Source: Tubiluchus corallicola
Taxonomy: Eukaryota; Animalia; Priapulida
NCBI GenBank assembly: GCA_030141605.1
Contig: JAQGDQ010001112.1
Span: forward strand, 1-62,095
Length of the DNA: 62,095 bases
Direction of reading: 5' to 3'
The stretch's first letter is position 1; each line of letters starts with the position of its first letter. The position numbers and the translations under genes are program-made. Of this stretch, positions 24,391 through 36,800 are shown one piece after another. Below the pieces are notes generated by a model, which had not been told where the DNA came from, ran no database searches, and saw only the letters and a program-made list of their open reading frames with translations.

Positions 24391-27265
24391 GTCCCAGCCT
24401 GGGTCTAGGCTCACCCGTTGTTTAGTCGTTCAAGACGTCCCCAGCCTGGGCCTAGGCTTTCCCGTTGTTTAGTCGTTCAAGACGTCCCCAGCCTGGGTCT
24501 AGGCTCACCCGTTGTTTAGTCGTTCAAGACGTCCCCAGCCTGGGCCTAGGCTTTCCCGTTGTTTAGTCGTTCAAGACGTCCCCAGCCTGGGTCTAGGCTC
24601 ACCCGTTGTTTAGTCGTTCAAGACGTCCCCAGCCTGGGTCTAGGCTTACCCGTTGTTTAGTCGTTCAAGACGTCCCCAGCCTGGGTCTAGGCTTACCCGT
24701 TGTTTAGTCGTTCAAGACGTCCCCAACCTGGGTCTAGGCTTACCCGTTGTTTAGTCGTTCAAGACGTCCCCAGCCTGGGCCTAGGCTTACCCGTTGTTTA
24801 GTTGTTCAAGACGTCCCCAGCCTGGGCCTAGGCTTACCGGTTGTTTAATCGTTCAAGACGTCCCCAGCCTGGGCCTAGGCTTACCCGTTGTTTAGTTGTT
24901 CAAGACGTCCCCAGCCTGGGCCTAGGCTTACCCGTTGTTTAGTTGTTCAAGACGTCCCCAGCCTGGGTCTAGGCTTACCCGTTGTTTAGTCGTTCAAGAC
25001 GTCCCCAACCTGGGTCTAGGCTTACCCGTTGTTTAGTCTTTCAAGACGTCCCCAACCTGGACCTAGGCTTACCCGTTGTTTAGTTGTTCAAGACGTCCCC
25101 AGCCTGGGCCTAGGCTTACCCGTTGTTTAGTTGTTCAAGACGTCCCCAGCCTGGGCCTAGGCTTACCCGTTGTTTAGTTGTTCAAGATGTCCCCAGCCTG
25201 GACCTAGGCTTACCCGTTGTTTAGTCTTTTAACACGTCCCCAGCCTGGGTCTAGGCTTACCCGTTGTTTAGTCGTTCAAGACGTCCCCAGCCTGGGCCTA
25301 GGCTTACCCGTTGTTTAGTCGTTCGAGACGTCCCCAGCCTGGACCTAGGCTTACCCGTTGTTTAGTCGTTCAAGACGTCCCCAGCCTGGGCCTAGGCTTA
25401 CCCGTTGTTTAGTCGTTCAAGACGTCCCCAGCCTGGGCCTAGGCTTACCCGTTGTTTAGTCGTTCAAGACGTCCCCAGCCTGGGCCTAGGCTTACCCGTT
25501 GTTTAGTCGTTCAAGACGTCCCCAGCCTGGGTCTAGGCTTACCCGTTGTTTAGTCGTTCAAGACGTCCCCAGCCTGGGCCTAGGCTTACCTGTTGTTTAG
25601 TCGTTCAAGACGTCCCCAGCCTGGGTCTAGGCTTACCCGTTGTTTAGTCGTTCAAGACGTCCCCAACCTGGATCTAGGCTTACCCGTTGTTTAGTCGTTC
25701 AAGACGTTCCCAGCCTGGGCCTAGGCTTACCCGTTGTTTAGTTGTTCAAGACGTCCCCAGCCTGGGCCTAGGCTTACCCATTGTTTAGTCGTTCAAGATG
25801 TCCCCAGCCTGGGTCTAGGCTTACCCGTTGTTTAGTTGTTCAAGACGTCCCCAGCCTGGGTCTAGGTTTACCCGTTGTTTAGTCGTTCAAGACGTCCCCA
25901 ACCTGGGCCTAGGCTTACCCGTTGTTTAGTCGTTCAAGACGTCCCCAGCCTGGGCCTAGGCTTACCATTTGTTTAGTCGTTCAAGACGTCCCCAGCCTGG
26001 GCCTAGGCTTACCCGTTGTTTAGTCTTTCAAGACGTCCCCAGTCTGGGCCTAGGCTTACCCGTTGTTTAGTCGTTCAAGACGTCCCCAGCCTGGGCCTAG
26101 GCTTACCCGCTGTTTAGTCTTTCAAGACGTCCCTTTCTGGACCTATGCTTACCCGTTGTTTAATCGTTCAAGACGTCCCCAGCCTGGGCCTAGGCTTACC
26201 CGTTGTTTAGTCTTTCAAGACGTCCCTTTCTGGACCTATGCTTACTCGTTGTTTAATCGTTCAAGACGTCCCCAGCCTGGGCCTAGGCTTACCCGTTGTT
26301 TAGTCTTTCAAGACGTCCCTTTCTGGACCTATGCTTACCCGTTGTTTAATCGTTCAAGACGTCCCCAGACTGGGTCTAGGTTTACCCGTTGTTTAGTCTT
26401 TCAAGACGTCCCCAGCCTGGGCCTAGGCTTACCCGTTGTTTAGTCGTTCAAGACGTCCCCAGCCTGGGTCTAGGCTTACCCGTTGTTTAGTCTTTTAACA
26501 CGTCCCCAGCCTGGGTCTAGGCTTACCTGTTGTTTAGTCTTTCAAGACGTCCCCAGCCTGGGCCTAGGCTTACCCGTTGTTTAGTCTTTTAACACGTCCC
26601 CAGCCTGGGCCTAGGCTTACCCGTTGTTTAGTCTTTTAACACGTCCCCAACCTGGGTCTAGGTTTACCCGTTGTTTAGTTTTTCAAGACGTGCCCAGCCT
26701 GGGTCTAGGCTTACCCGTTGTTTAGTTGTTCAAGACGTCCCCCACGTCCCCAGCCTGCGCCTAGGCTTACCCGTTGTTTAGTTGTTCAAGACGTCCCCAG
26801 CCTGGGCCTAGGCTTACCCGTTGTTTAGTCGTTCAAGACGTCCCCAGCCTGGGCCTAGGCTTACCCGTTGTTTAGTCGTTCAAGACGTCCCCAACCTGGG
26901 CCTAGGCTTACCCGTTGTTTAGTTTTTCAAAACGTCCCCAGCCTGGGCCTAGGCTTACCCGTTGTTTAGTCGTTCAAGACGTCCCCAGCCTGGGTCTAGG
27001 CTTACCCGTTGTTTAGTTGTTCAAGACGTCCCCAGCCTGGGCCTAGGCTTACCCGTTATTTAGTTTTTCAAGACGTCCCCAGCCTGGGCCTAGGCTTACC
27101 CGTTGTTTGGTCTTTCAAGATGTTCCCAGCCTGGGTCTAGGCTTACCCGTTGTTTAGTCGTTCAAGACGTCCCCAGCCTGGGCCTAGGCTTACCCGTTGT
27201 TTAGTTGTTCAAGACGTCCCCAGCCTGCGCCTAGGCTTACGCGTTGTTTAGTCATTCAAGACGTT
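24391..27265. repeat. 47-bp GC-rich intronic satellite, ~61 units
   Basis: GTCCCCAGCCTGGGCCTAGGCTTACCCGTTGTTTAGTCGTTCAAGAC head-to-tail, with no unique spacers. Confidence 0.98.
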
Positions 27266-27380
27266 AACAAGCAAACTAATCGCTTGAAGCCCAGCTAGTT
27301 AGTCTGTGTTTTAAATCTGTCACTCTTTCAGTCTTTCGGTTCATTAACTCTTAAAGCACTCGCTTATGAAATTCCTAAAC

Positions 27381-27980
27381 GAAGACAGGATGATTTCTCA
27401 TAAACTACCCCATTTTCAAATCCGATAAAAAGTATACATTTTAACACCAATGATACTGCAAAAGCGTTTCGGATAATTAAATAATAGATTGAATTCTTAA
27501 TTAACGACGGACGAGCTCAACTGTTGATGACATCACAAACTAACATAATTTTCAACGGCAAAAATATTCCACGAGCGTGTTGCACGTGTTTGCGAAAGTG
27601 AAAATTGAAGTACAGTGCTACTGTAAGATATTCAGTGTGTTGTACTAAAACTAAGCAAGTTTTAAGATAAAAATTCACTTTTCGAATTTACCGCTGTGCT
27701 TACGCATGAGCTGTCGAACAGGTGTAGTTTGTCACAAACCAGCACATCTGAACTGAGAGGTACAGTACCTGTTTTTTGTGCAATGCGTTTCAGAAATGCA
27801 GGCGCTAGTGCCCGTCTAAATTGCGAAAGGTGAAATGCATGTAACAGCGAAGAACTAGTGGCGCGAACGTGAAATTGTGTTTGTGTGGTAATAATTCTTT
27901 CACGTAAGTCATTTTTTAATAAATAGTATGTTTCCATTCAATATTTTAGAGAGTAGATTATTTTGAACTGCAGTTTAAGA
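27381..27980. repeat. Second copy of the ~590-bp interspersed repeat
   Basis: Colinear with 9980-10563. Confidence 0.85.
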
Positions 27981-28702
27981 TTTCACCCTTTAAAATACAG
28001 TAAAGCCTGTTAGAAACTTATCCTTATGCCTGACTACTTAGCTCTAAACAGCAGTTTTAATGCAACACTGTTCCTAACCGTGAAATAGTTCTAATGATGA
28101 AGGACAATATTACAAATTAAAGGACAATAATTGCACTTCTTAATGACATGGGAGACGCTGAAATTGTTGTAACAGCGTTTTCGAGAATACGTCGAATGAT
28201 CTTTGTTGTTTTTTAATAATTGTGAAGGATTTTAGGTTATTTTATTACTTCAGTGTTCTCTCATTCTGTAAACCCCCCCCCCCTATACTGTCCTTTAACT
28301 GCATTCATGTATGGATGTCTTGACTTGGCTTCTTTCTGTCATGCTCTACTGACACAGCTAGTTAACCTGGCTAGTTGGCAGTCTGTTCTTGGCTAAGAAA
28401 GTTGTTGTTGTTGTTGTTGTTTGTCTCAGTTAAACCATTTATTTGTCAAGAGTAGTAGAGCCATGATGTAAGTTTATTCAGTCTCACTTTATTATTAATT
28501 TCTTTGTTTCCTTCTTGGCTCAAATTAGTTTGTTATATTTTGTTATGATTTTTCTTACAGATAAAACGTAATAACATGAATGTTTTGACTTTGGCCATCA
28601 TGAAGTAGTAATCTGTCACAATAATTGTTTCCTAACCTTGTGAGTTTGGATATGAGGCTATTAGTAATCTGCTTCTACAAAAATGTTTTTTTCTTTCTAC
28701 AG

Positions 28703-28792
28703 CCTGAGCTAACAAACGTTTGTTTCTGGTACGTGCCAGTGAGTATACGTGCGATGCCAAAGAGTAAAGAACGCTATGAAAAATTAGGACTG
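28703..28792 (+). CDS. GAD: GAD exon [30 protein letters not shown]
   Basis: tacag|CCTGAG...GGACTG|gtaagt; 90 nt; mirror 33406-33495. Confidence 0.93.
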
Positions 28793-30636
28793 GTAAGTTT
28801 GTCTATTTTAGGCTGCTATCTAAATGAGAATCTACAGTATAAAACAGCTGTTTGAATTACACGTTTATTCCGTGGTAACTGCTATTTAGTTCGTGATAAA
28901 TCAGTTTTTGTAATTTTAAGTGTGAACGATACAAAAGCTTTAACTTATTAATTACTCGACTGACTGATTAGTTAATGAGTTAGTTGTTTGCTTGATGTGT
29001 TAGTCGATTATTTGGTCAGTTGGCTGCTGGCTGGTCGAATAGTTGGAACAGTTTTTTAAATGACGGATTCTTATTATTTGGTCGGTTAATGACTAATTGA
29101 CTGATTTATTCATTGTGTGACGCCGTGTGATAATTAAATCAGGACGTTAAGAAATCAGAGTACTGTGTTCAGGGTTCTCGAGCGTTTGCGTCACTTTTAT
29201 ATGCTAAATCTACAGGATAATCATTTATTTGTGTAGGCTACGTGAATCCGTGTCACTGGTGAAACACTTGTGTGCACGTGCAAATTATTTAATCAGAACG
29301 AAAACGGAACTAAAAGCTGATATTTAGATTTAGAATTTAATCAGCAAAACAATGATAGCAAAATTAAATTGATAACAATTTCGAACAATACCTAATTACC
29401 CCAAAAGTAACGTTGGCCGGCTACTCTTCTGTCTCTCATCAGGCTTTTGCATCTATCAACCACGCTCTGGAGTCTCCAACCATACCGCATCGGCTTTTCA
29501 TCTCCAGCAGTCAGCCACGTCCTCGCCAGCAACTCTTTGCCAATGGTCACCAATCCAGCCTCTGCATGGACCACGCTTTGAACTGCTCTAGCAATCTAGC
29601 GGTTGAATTCGTACCTGGTTGCCTCAGACTCCCAGTAATAAGCCAGATATCGTCCTTTTGCAGAATGACAAACAGAACCTTCAGTTCAGTCAAACAGACA
29701 GACCATCGGTACTTCAATCACGTGGTCCTCGACTGGTCTTCCACTACTATCTAGGGTGAATATGAGTCCTGCTCTGCAGGTAGAAATATGATTACCAAAC
29801 ACTTGTTCCTTGGAATGTCAAGACAGTGTCATCACAGCAAACAACGAACAAACAAAAGCAGACAAAACCATTGTCTTTGTGACAAATCATCTCACTGCAT
29901 ACGAGTACCATTAAAGACAGGTTCACACCAAACTTGGTGTTCAACCATGTAAAATAATCTCAGGATGTGGACTAACCAGCAAAACTCCACCACCCTGTAA
30001 CTTTGACAGTCAGAACATAACTAGTGTAAAACACGAACTCTGTAGTTCTATTCATAGGCACCAGGCCAGCCACCCTACAGGTAATTTTATGACCTCCACT
30101 TTAAACTAGGAAGCCCATAACATTACCTGCGATTGGTTGAGCAGTGGTTTCCTGTGGAAAGAACGAACACGTGACATCGTCAGTTGTCTTCTGGTTGTCG
30201 TGGAAAGCACTTCTCCTGTCTGCCTGCCGAGTGTCATGAATTCCGTAAGGTTTGAAGCATTGTCATCAGGTTTTGTTTGTTTTTCTATTGTGTTGTTCTT
30301 CTCAGCCGTCCCTTTTGAATTCTAAGTTTTGGTTTTGTTGTTTTTTTTTTAATTTCTGGAGTGTCGGTTATGCAGCGCTTACCCGCATCACAGATGGCGG
30401 GCCGTAAGACTGTCTACCGGGTCGAACCCCGGAACAATATTTTGCTACATCATAAAGCAGGAACTTCCCAGGGAGGGAGCGACCTCTATCGCACAGGTAT
30501 AGAACTATTCAGATCGGATGCGGTGGCTGCTTGGCTTCACCCGCTTGACGTGTGAATGCAAAACAAATGTTTCTACATTACTAAATTTCAATACTCGTAC
30601 TAAATCAGCATCTCCATTACATGTTTTCCAGTTAGA

Positions 30637-30810
30637 TTACAAGTCGCGTCCCAGTCTGTCTATCTCGTTCACAAGAAAGTCCAAATCCTCTCTAGTGATG
30701 GCGGGGTTTGAGACGATCAGGCGAAAGAAATTCGGATTGTCGTCAAGAGGTTGGTAGCCGACCATGGTAGTTCCCTCTTTCATCATTCTTCCCTTTATTA
30801 TAGGCGTGAT
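30637..30810 (-). CDS. GAD: GAD terminal coding exon [57 protein letters not shown]
   Basis: Minus-strand tgcag|ATCACG...TAA; 174 nt; single copy, located in the spacer. Confidence 0.95.
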   Translation of the reverse strand: MTPIIKGRMMKEGTTMVGYQPLDDNPNFFRLIVSNPAITREDLDFLVNEIDRLGRDL

Positions 30811-33800
30811 CTGCAACATAAAACAAACATAATTAAAACATAAAACATAAAACATGAAACATGAAACATGAAACATGAAACATGAAACATGAAACATGAA
30901 ACATGAAACATGAAACATGAAACATGAAACATGAAACATGAAACATGAAACATGAAACATAAAACTTAAAACATAAAACATAATTAAAACATATAGAAGA
31001 CCTTTACTGCTTCAACTTTAAGCAGTAAATTTCTATGCTTATGTTCATCGCAACATTTACCAGAGTTAAAGTTACTTTAAACATAATTTATTACAGGATT
31101 GGATCAGACAGTTTGAACAACATGATTTAGGATCCTCACCACTGCAGACTTTATACACTATTTACAAGAACATTTACAGTAAGAATAGACTATAACTATA
31201 CAAGCTGACTAGTTTTACTACAAGATTACATTAGACATTAGTAACATTTACAGTAAGAATAGACTATAACTACACAAGCTGACAAGTTTTACTACAAGAT
31301 TACATTAGACATTAGTAACATTTACAGTAAGAATAGACAATAACTACACAAGCTGACAAGTTTTACTATAAGATTACATTAGACATTAGTAACATTTACA
31401 GTAAGAATAGACTATAACTACACAAGCTGACAAGTTTTACTACAAGATTACATTAGACATTAGTAACATTTACAGTAAGAATAGACTATAACTACACAAG
31501 CTGACAAGTTTTACTACAAGATTACATTAGACATTAGTAACATTTACAGTAAGAATAGACTATAACTACACAAGCTGACAAGTTTTACTACAAGATTACA
31601 TTAGACATTAGTAACATTTACAGAAAGAATTGACTATAACTACACAAGCTGACAAGTTTTACAACAAGATTACATTAGACATTAGTAGAAAATGACGGTT
31701 AGAAAATATTAAAGTACGAATATTTCAGAGCTAGGGTTATCGTATATCGACTGACTAACTAACGCATCGGTAAGAGTTAGTTATTCATTCATTTGCTCGT
31801 TTATTCATTTATTCAATTAGTCAGTCAGCCAACCAATCAGCCAGTCAGGCATCATGCTTCAGTTAAACAAACAGTTAACCAATATGTGATGATCGTACAT
31901 ACCACCCATCATTGTCGCAACACCTACTTTGATATATCTATCGTATGATGTTGTGTGTGCATAATTAATAATCTAATTACTTTATTGATTTATTGCACTG
32001 TTCACTTAAACCTATATAACATTGGGTGTTCTTGTAAGATTTTGACGCTAGATGGCTCTGGCCACTCATTTCTCTGCTTACCTGTACATCGGTAATTAGG
32101 TTACCTGAAAATTCGAAAACCAAATGGCTTCAACCTGTTTTGAGATCTTACTACAGAGTTCGTGTTTTACACTAGTTATGTTCTGACTGTCAAAGTTACA
32201 GGGTGGTGGAGTTTTGCTGGTTAGTCCACATCCTGAGATTATTTTACATGGTTGAACACCAAGTTTGGTGTGAACCTGTCTTTAATGGTACTCGTATGCA
32301 GTGAGATGATTTGTCACAAAGACAATGGTTTTGTCTGCTTTTGTTTGTTCGTTGTTTGCTGTGATGACACTGTCTTGACATTCCAAGGAACAAGTGTTTG
32401 GTAATCATATTTCTACCTGCAGAGCAGGACTCATATTCACCCTAGATAGTAGTGGAAGACCAGTCGAGGACCACGTGATTGAAGTACCGATGGTCTGTCT
32501 GTTTGACTGAACTGAAGGTTCTGTTTGTCATTCTGCAAAAGGACGATATCTGGCTTATTACTGGGAGTCTGAGGCAACCAGGTACGAATTCAACCGCTAG
32601 ATTGCTAGAGCAGTTCAAAGCGTGGTCCATGCAGAGGCTGGATTGGTGACCATTGGCAAAGAGTTGCTGGCGAGGACGTGGCTGACTGCTGGAGATGAAA
32701 AGCCGATGCGGTATGGTTGGAGACTCCAGAGCGTGGTTGATAGATGCAAAAGCCTGATGAGAGACAGAAGAGTAGCCGGCCAACGTTACTTTTGGGGTAA
32801 TTAGGTATTGTTCGAAATTGTTATCAATTTAATTTTGCTATCATTGTTTTGCTGATTAAATTCTAAATCTAAATATCAGCTTTTAGTTCCGTTTTCGTTC
32901 TGATTAAATAATTTGCACGTGCACACAAGTGTTTCACCAGTGACACGGATTCACGTAGCCTACACAAATAAACGATTATCCTGTAGATTTAGCATATAAA
33001 AGTGACGCAAACGCTCGAGAACCCTGAACACAGTACTCTGATTTCTTAACGTCCTGATTTAATTATCACACGGCGTCACACAATGAATAAATCAGTCAAT
33101 TAGTCATTAACCGACCAAATAGCATAAGAATCCGTCATTTAAAAAACTGTTCCAACTATTCGACCAGCCAGCAGCCAACTGACCAAATAATCGACTAACA
33201 CATCAAGCAAACAACTAACTCATTAACTAATCAGTCAGTCGAGTAATTAATAAGTTAAAGCTTTTGTATCGTTCACACTTAAAATTACAAAAACTGATTT
33301 ATCACGAACTAAATAGCAGTTACCACGGAATAAACGTGAAATTCAAACAGCTGTTTTATACTGTAGATTCTCATTTAGATAGCAGCCTAAAATAGACAAA
33401 CTTACCAGTCCTAATTTTTCATAGCGTTCTTTACTCTTTGGCATCGCACGTATACTCACTGGCACGTACCAGAAACAAACGTTAGTCAGCTCAGGCTGTA
33501 GAAAGAAAAAAAACATTTTTGTAGAAGCAGATTACTAATAGCCTCATATCCAAACTCACAAGGTTAGGAAACAATTATTGTGACAGATTACTACTTCATG
33601 ATGGCCAAAGTCAAAACATTCATGTTATTACGTTTTATCTGTAAGAAAAATCATAACAAAATATAACAAACTAATTTGAGCCAAGAAGGAAACAAAGAAA
33701 TTAATAATAAAGTGAGACTGAATAAACTTACATCATGGCTCTACTACTCTTGACAAATAAATGGTTTAACTGAGACAAACAACAACAACAACAACAACTT

Positions 33801-36800
33801 TCTTAGCCAAGAACAGACTGCCAACTAGCCAGGTTAACTAGCTGTGTCAGTAGAGCATGACAGAAAGAAGCCAAGTCAAGACATCCATACATGAATGCAG
33901 TTAAAGGACAGTATAGGGGGGGGGGGTTTACAGAATGAGAGAACACTGAAGTAATAAAATAACCTAAAATCCTTCACAATTATCAAAAAACAACAAAGAT
34001 CATTCGACGTATTCTCGAAAACGCTGTTACAACAATTTCAGCGTCTCCCATGTCATTAAGAAGTGCAATTATTGTCCTTTAATTTGTAATATTGTCCTTT
34101 ATCATTAGAACTATTTCACGGTTAGGAACAGTGTTGCATTAAAACTGCTGTTTAGAGCTAAGTAGTCAGGCATAAGGATAAGTTTCTAACAGGCTTTACT
34201 GTATTTTAAAGGGTGAAATCTTAAACTGCAGTTCAAAATAATCTACTCTCTAAAATATTGAATGGAAACATACTATTTATTAAAAAATGACTTACGTGAA
34301 AGAATTATTACCACACAAACACAATTTCACGTTCGCGCCACTAGTTCTTCGCTGTTACATGCATTTCACCTTTCGCAATTTAGACGGGCACTAGCGCCTG
34401 CATTTCTGAAACGCATTGCACAAAAAACAGGTACTGTACCTCTCAGTTCAGATGTGCTGGTTTGTGACAAACTACACCTGTTCGACAGCTCATGCGTAAG
34501 CACAGCGGTAAATTCGAAAAGTGAATTTTTATCTTAAAACTTGCTTAGTTTTAGTACAACAAACTAAAATCTTACAGTAGCACTGTACTTTAATTTTCGC
34601 TCTCGCAAACACGTGCAACACGCTCGTGGAATATTTTTGCTGATGAAAATTATGTTAGTTTGTGATGTCATGAGCAGTTGAGCTCATCCGTCGTTAATTA
34701 AGAATTCAATCTATTATTTAATTATCCGAAACGCTTTTGCAGTATCATTGGTGTTAAAATGTATACTTTTTATCGGATTTGAAAATGGGGTAGTTTATGA
34801 GAAATCATCCTGTCTTCGTTTAGGAATTTCATAAGCGAGTGCTTTAAGAGTAAGAGAACCGAAACACTGAAAGAGTGACAGATTTAAAACACAGACTAAC
34901 TAGCTGGGCTTCAAGCGATTAGTTTGCTTGTTAACGTCTTGAATGACTAAACAACGCGTAAGCCTAGGCGCAGGCTGGGGACGTCTTGAACAACTAAACA
35001 ACGGGTAAGCCTAGGCCCAGGCTGGGGACGTCTTGAACGACTAAACAACGGGTAAGCCTAGACCCAGGCTGGGAACATCTTGAAAGACCAAACAACGGGT
35101 AAGCCTAGGCCCAGGCTGGGGACGTCTTGAAAAACTAAATAACGGGTAAGCCTAGGCCCAGGCTGGGGACGTCTTGAACAACTAAACAACGGGTAAGCCT
35201 AGACCCAGGCTGGGGACGTCTTGAACGACTAAACAACGGGTAAGCCTAGGCCCAGGCTGGGGACGTTTTGAAAAACTAAACAACGGGTAAGCCTAGGCCC
35301 AGGTTGGGGACGTCTTGAACGACTAAACAACGGGTAAGCCTAGGCCCAGGCTGGGGACGTCTTGAACGACTAAACAACGGGTAAGCCTAGGCCCAGGCTG
35401 GGGACGTCTTGAACAACTAAACAACGGGTAAGCCTAGGCGCAGGCTGGGGACGTGGGGGACGTCTTGAACAACTAAACAACGGGTAAGCCTAGACCCAGG
35501 CTGGGCACGTCTTGAAAAACTAAACAACGGGTAAACCTAGACCCAGGTTGGGGACGTGTTAAAAGACTAAACAACGGGTAAGCCTAGGCCCAGGCTGGGG
35601 ACGTGTTAAAAGACTAAACAACGGGTAAGCCTAGGCCCAGGCTGGGGACGTCTTGAAAGACTAAACAACAGGTAAGCCTAGACCCAGGCTGGGGACGTGT
35701 TAAAAGACTAAACAACGGGTAAGCCTAGACCCAGGCTGGGGACGTCTTGAACGACTAAACAACGGGTAAGCCTAGGCCCAGGCTGGGGACGTCTTGAAAG
35801 ACTAAACAACGGGTAAACCTAGACCCAGTCTGGGGACGTCTTGAACGATTAAACAACGGGTAAGCATAGGTCCAGAAAGGGACGTCTTGAAAGACTAAAC
35901 AACGGGTAAGCCTAGGCCCAGGCTGGGGACGTCTTGAACGATTAAACAACGAGTAAGCATAGGTCCAGAAAGGGACGTCTTGAAAGACTAAACAACGGGT
36001 AAGCCTAGGCCCAGGCTGGGGACGTCTTGAACGATTAAACAACGGGTAAGCATAGGTCCAGAAAGGGACGTCTTGAAAGACTAAACAGCGGGTAAGCCTA
36101 GGCCCAGGCTGGGGACGTCTTGAACGACTAAACAACGGGTAAGCCTAGGCCCAGACTGGGGACGTCTTGAAAGACTAAACAACGGGTAAGCCTAGGCCCA
36201 GGCTGGGGACGTCTTGAACGACTAAACAAATGGTAAGCCTAGGCCCAGGCTGGGGACGTCTTGAACGACTAAACAACGGGTAAGCCTAGGCCCAGGTTGG
36301 GGACGTCTTGAACGACTAAACAACGGGTAAACCTAGACCCAGGCTGGGGACGTCTTGAACAACTAAACAACGGGTAAGCCTAGACCCAGGCTGGGGACAT
36401 CTTGAACGACTAAACAATGGGTAAGCCTAGGCCCAGGCTGGGGACGTCTTGAACAACTAAACAACGGGTAAGCCTAGGCCCAGGCTGGGAACGTCTTGAA
36501 CGACTAAACAACGGGTAAGCCTAGATCCAGGTTGGGGACGTCTTGAACGACTAAACAACGGGTAAGCCTAGACCCAGGCTGGGGACGTCTTGAACGACTA
36601 AACAACAGGTAAGCCTAGGCCCAGGCTGGGGACGTCTTGAACGACTAAACAACGGGTAAGCCTAGACCCAGGCTGGGGACGTCTTGAACGACTAAACAAC
36701 GGGTAAGCCTAGGCCCAGGCTGGGGACGTCTTGAACGACTAAACAACGGGTAAGCCTAGGCCCAGGCTGGGGACGTCTTGAACGACTAAACAACGGGTAA

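Larger units (their letters stand above)
7196..28792 (+). pseudogene. GAD: 3'-truncated inverted copy of GAD (11 exons, no terminal exon on this strand)
   Basis: Exons 7196-7286, 12415-12521, 15397-15512, 16302-16381, 18222-18393, 19145-19209, 21651-21729, 22187-22336, 23074-23123, 24305-24359, 28703-28792. Frame is intact, but the arm ends at 30046 inside the last intron. May be an assembly artefact rather than a true pseudogene. Confidence 0.8.

Noticed and set aside
24391-27265. CRISPR-like appearance of the 47-bp array and its 126-aa ORF (26063-26443)
   Set aside because: Units are head-to-tail with no unique spacers, there are no cas genes, and the context is a eukaryotic intron. The ORF is a repeat translation.
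29392-29760. GC-richer segment with short ORFs, including NKPDIVLLQ in one frame
   Set aside because: The motif is too short to assign to an endonuclease. It is possibly TE-derived but unsupported.
30106-30320. Minus-strand open stretch (NSKGTAEK...LLNQSQ) ending at cag|gtaatg
   Set aside because: The putative acceptor is purine-rich, no homology is recognised, and it lies downstream of the GAD stop.
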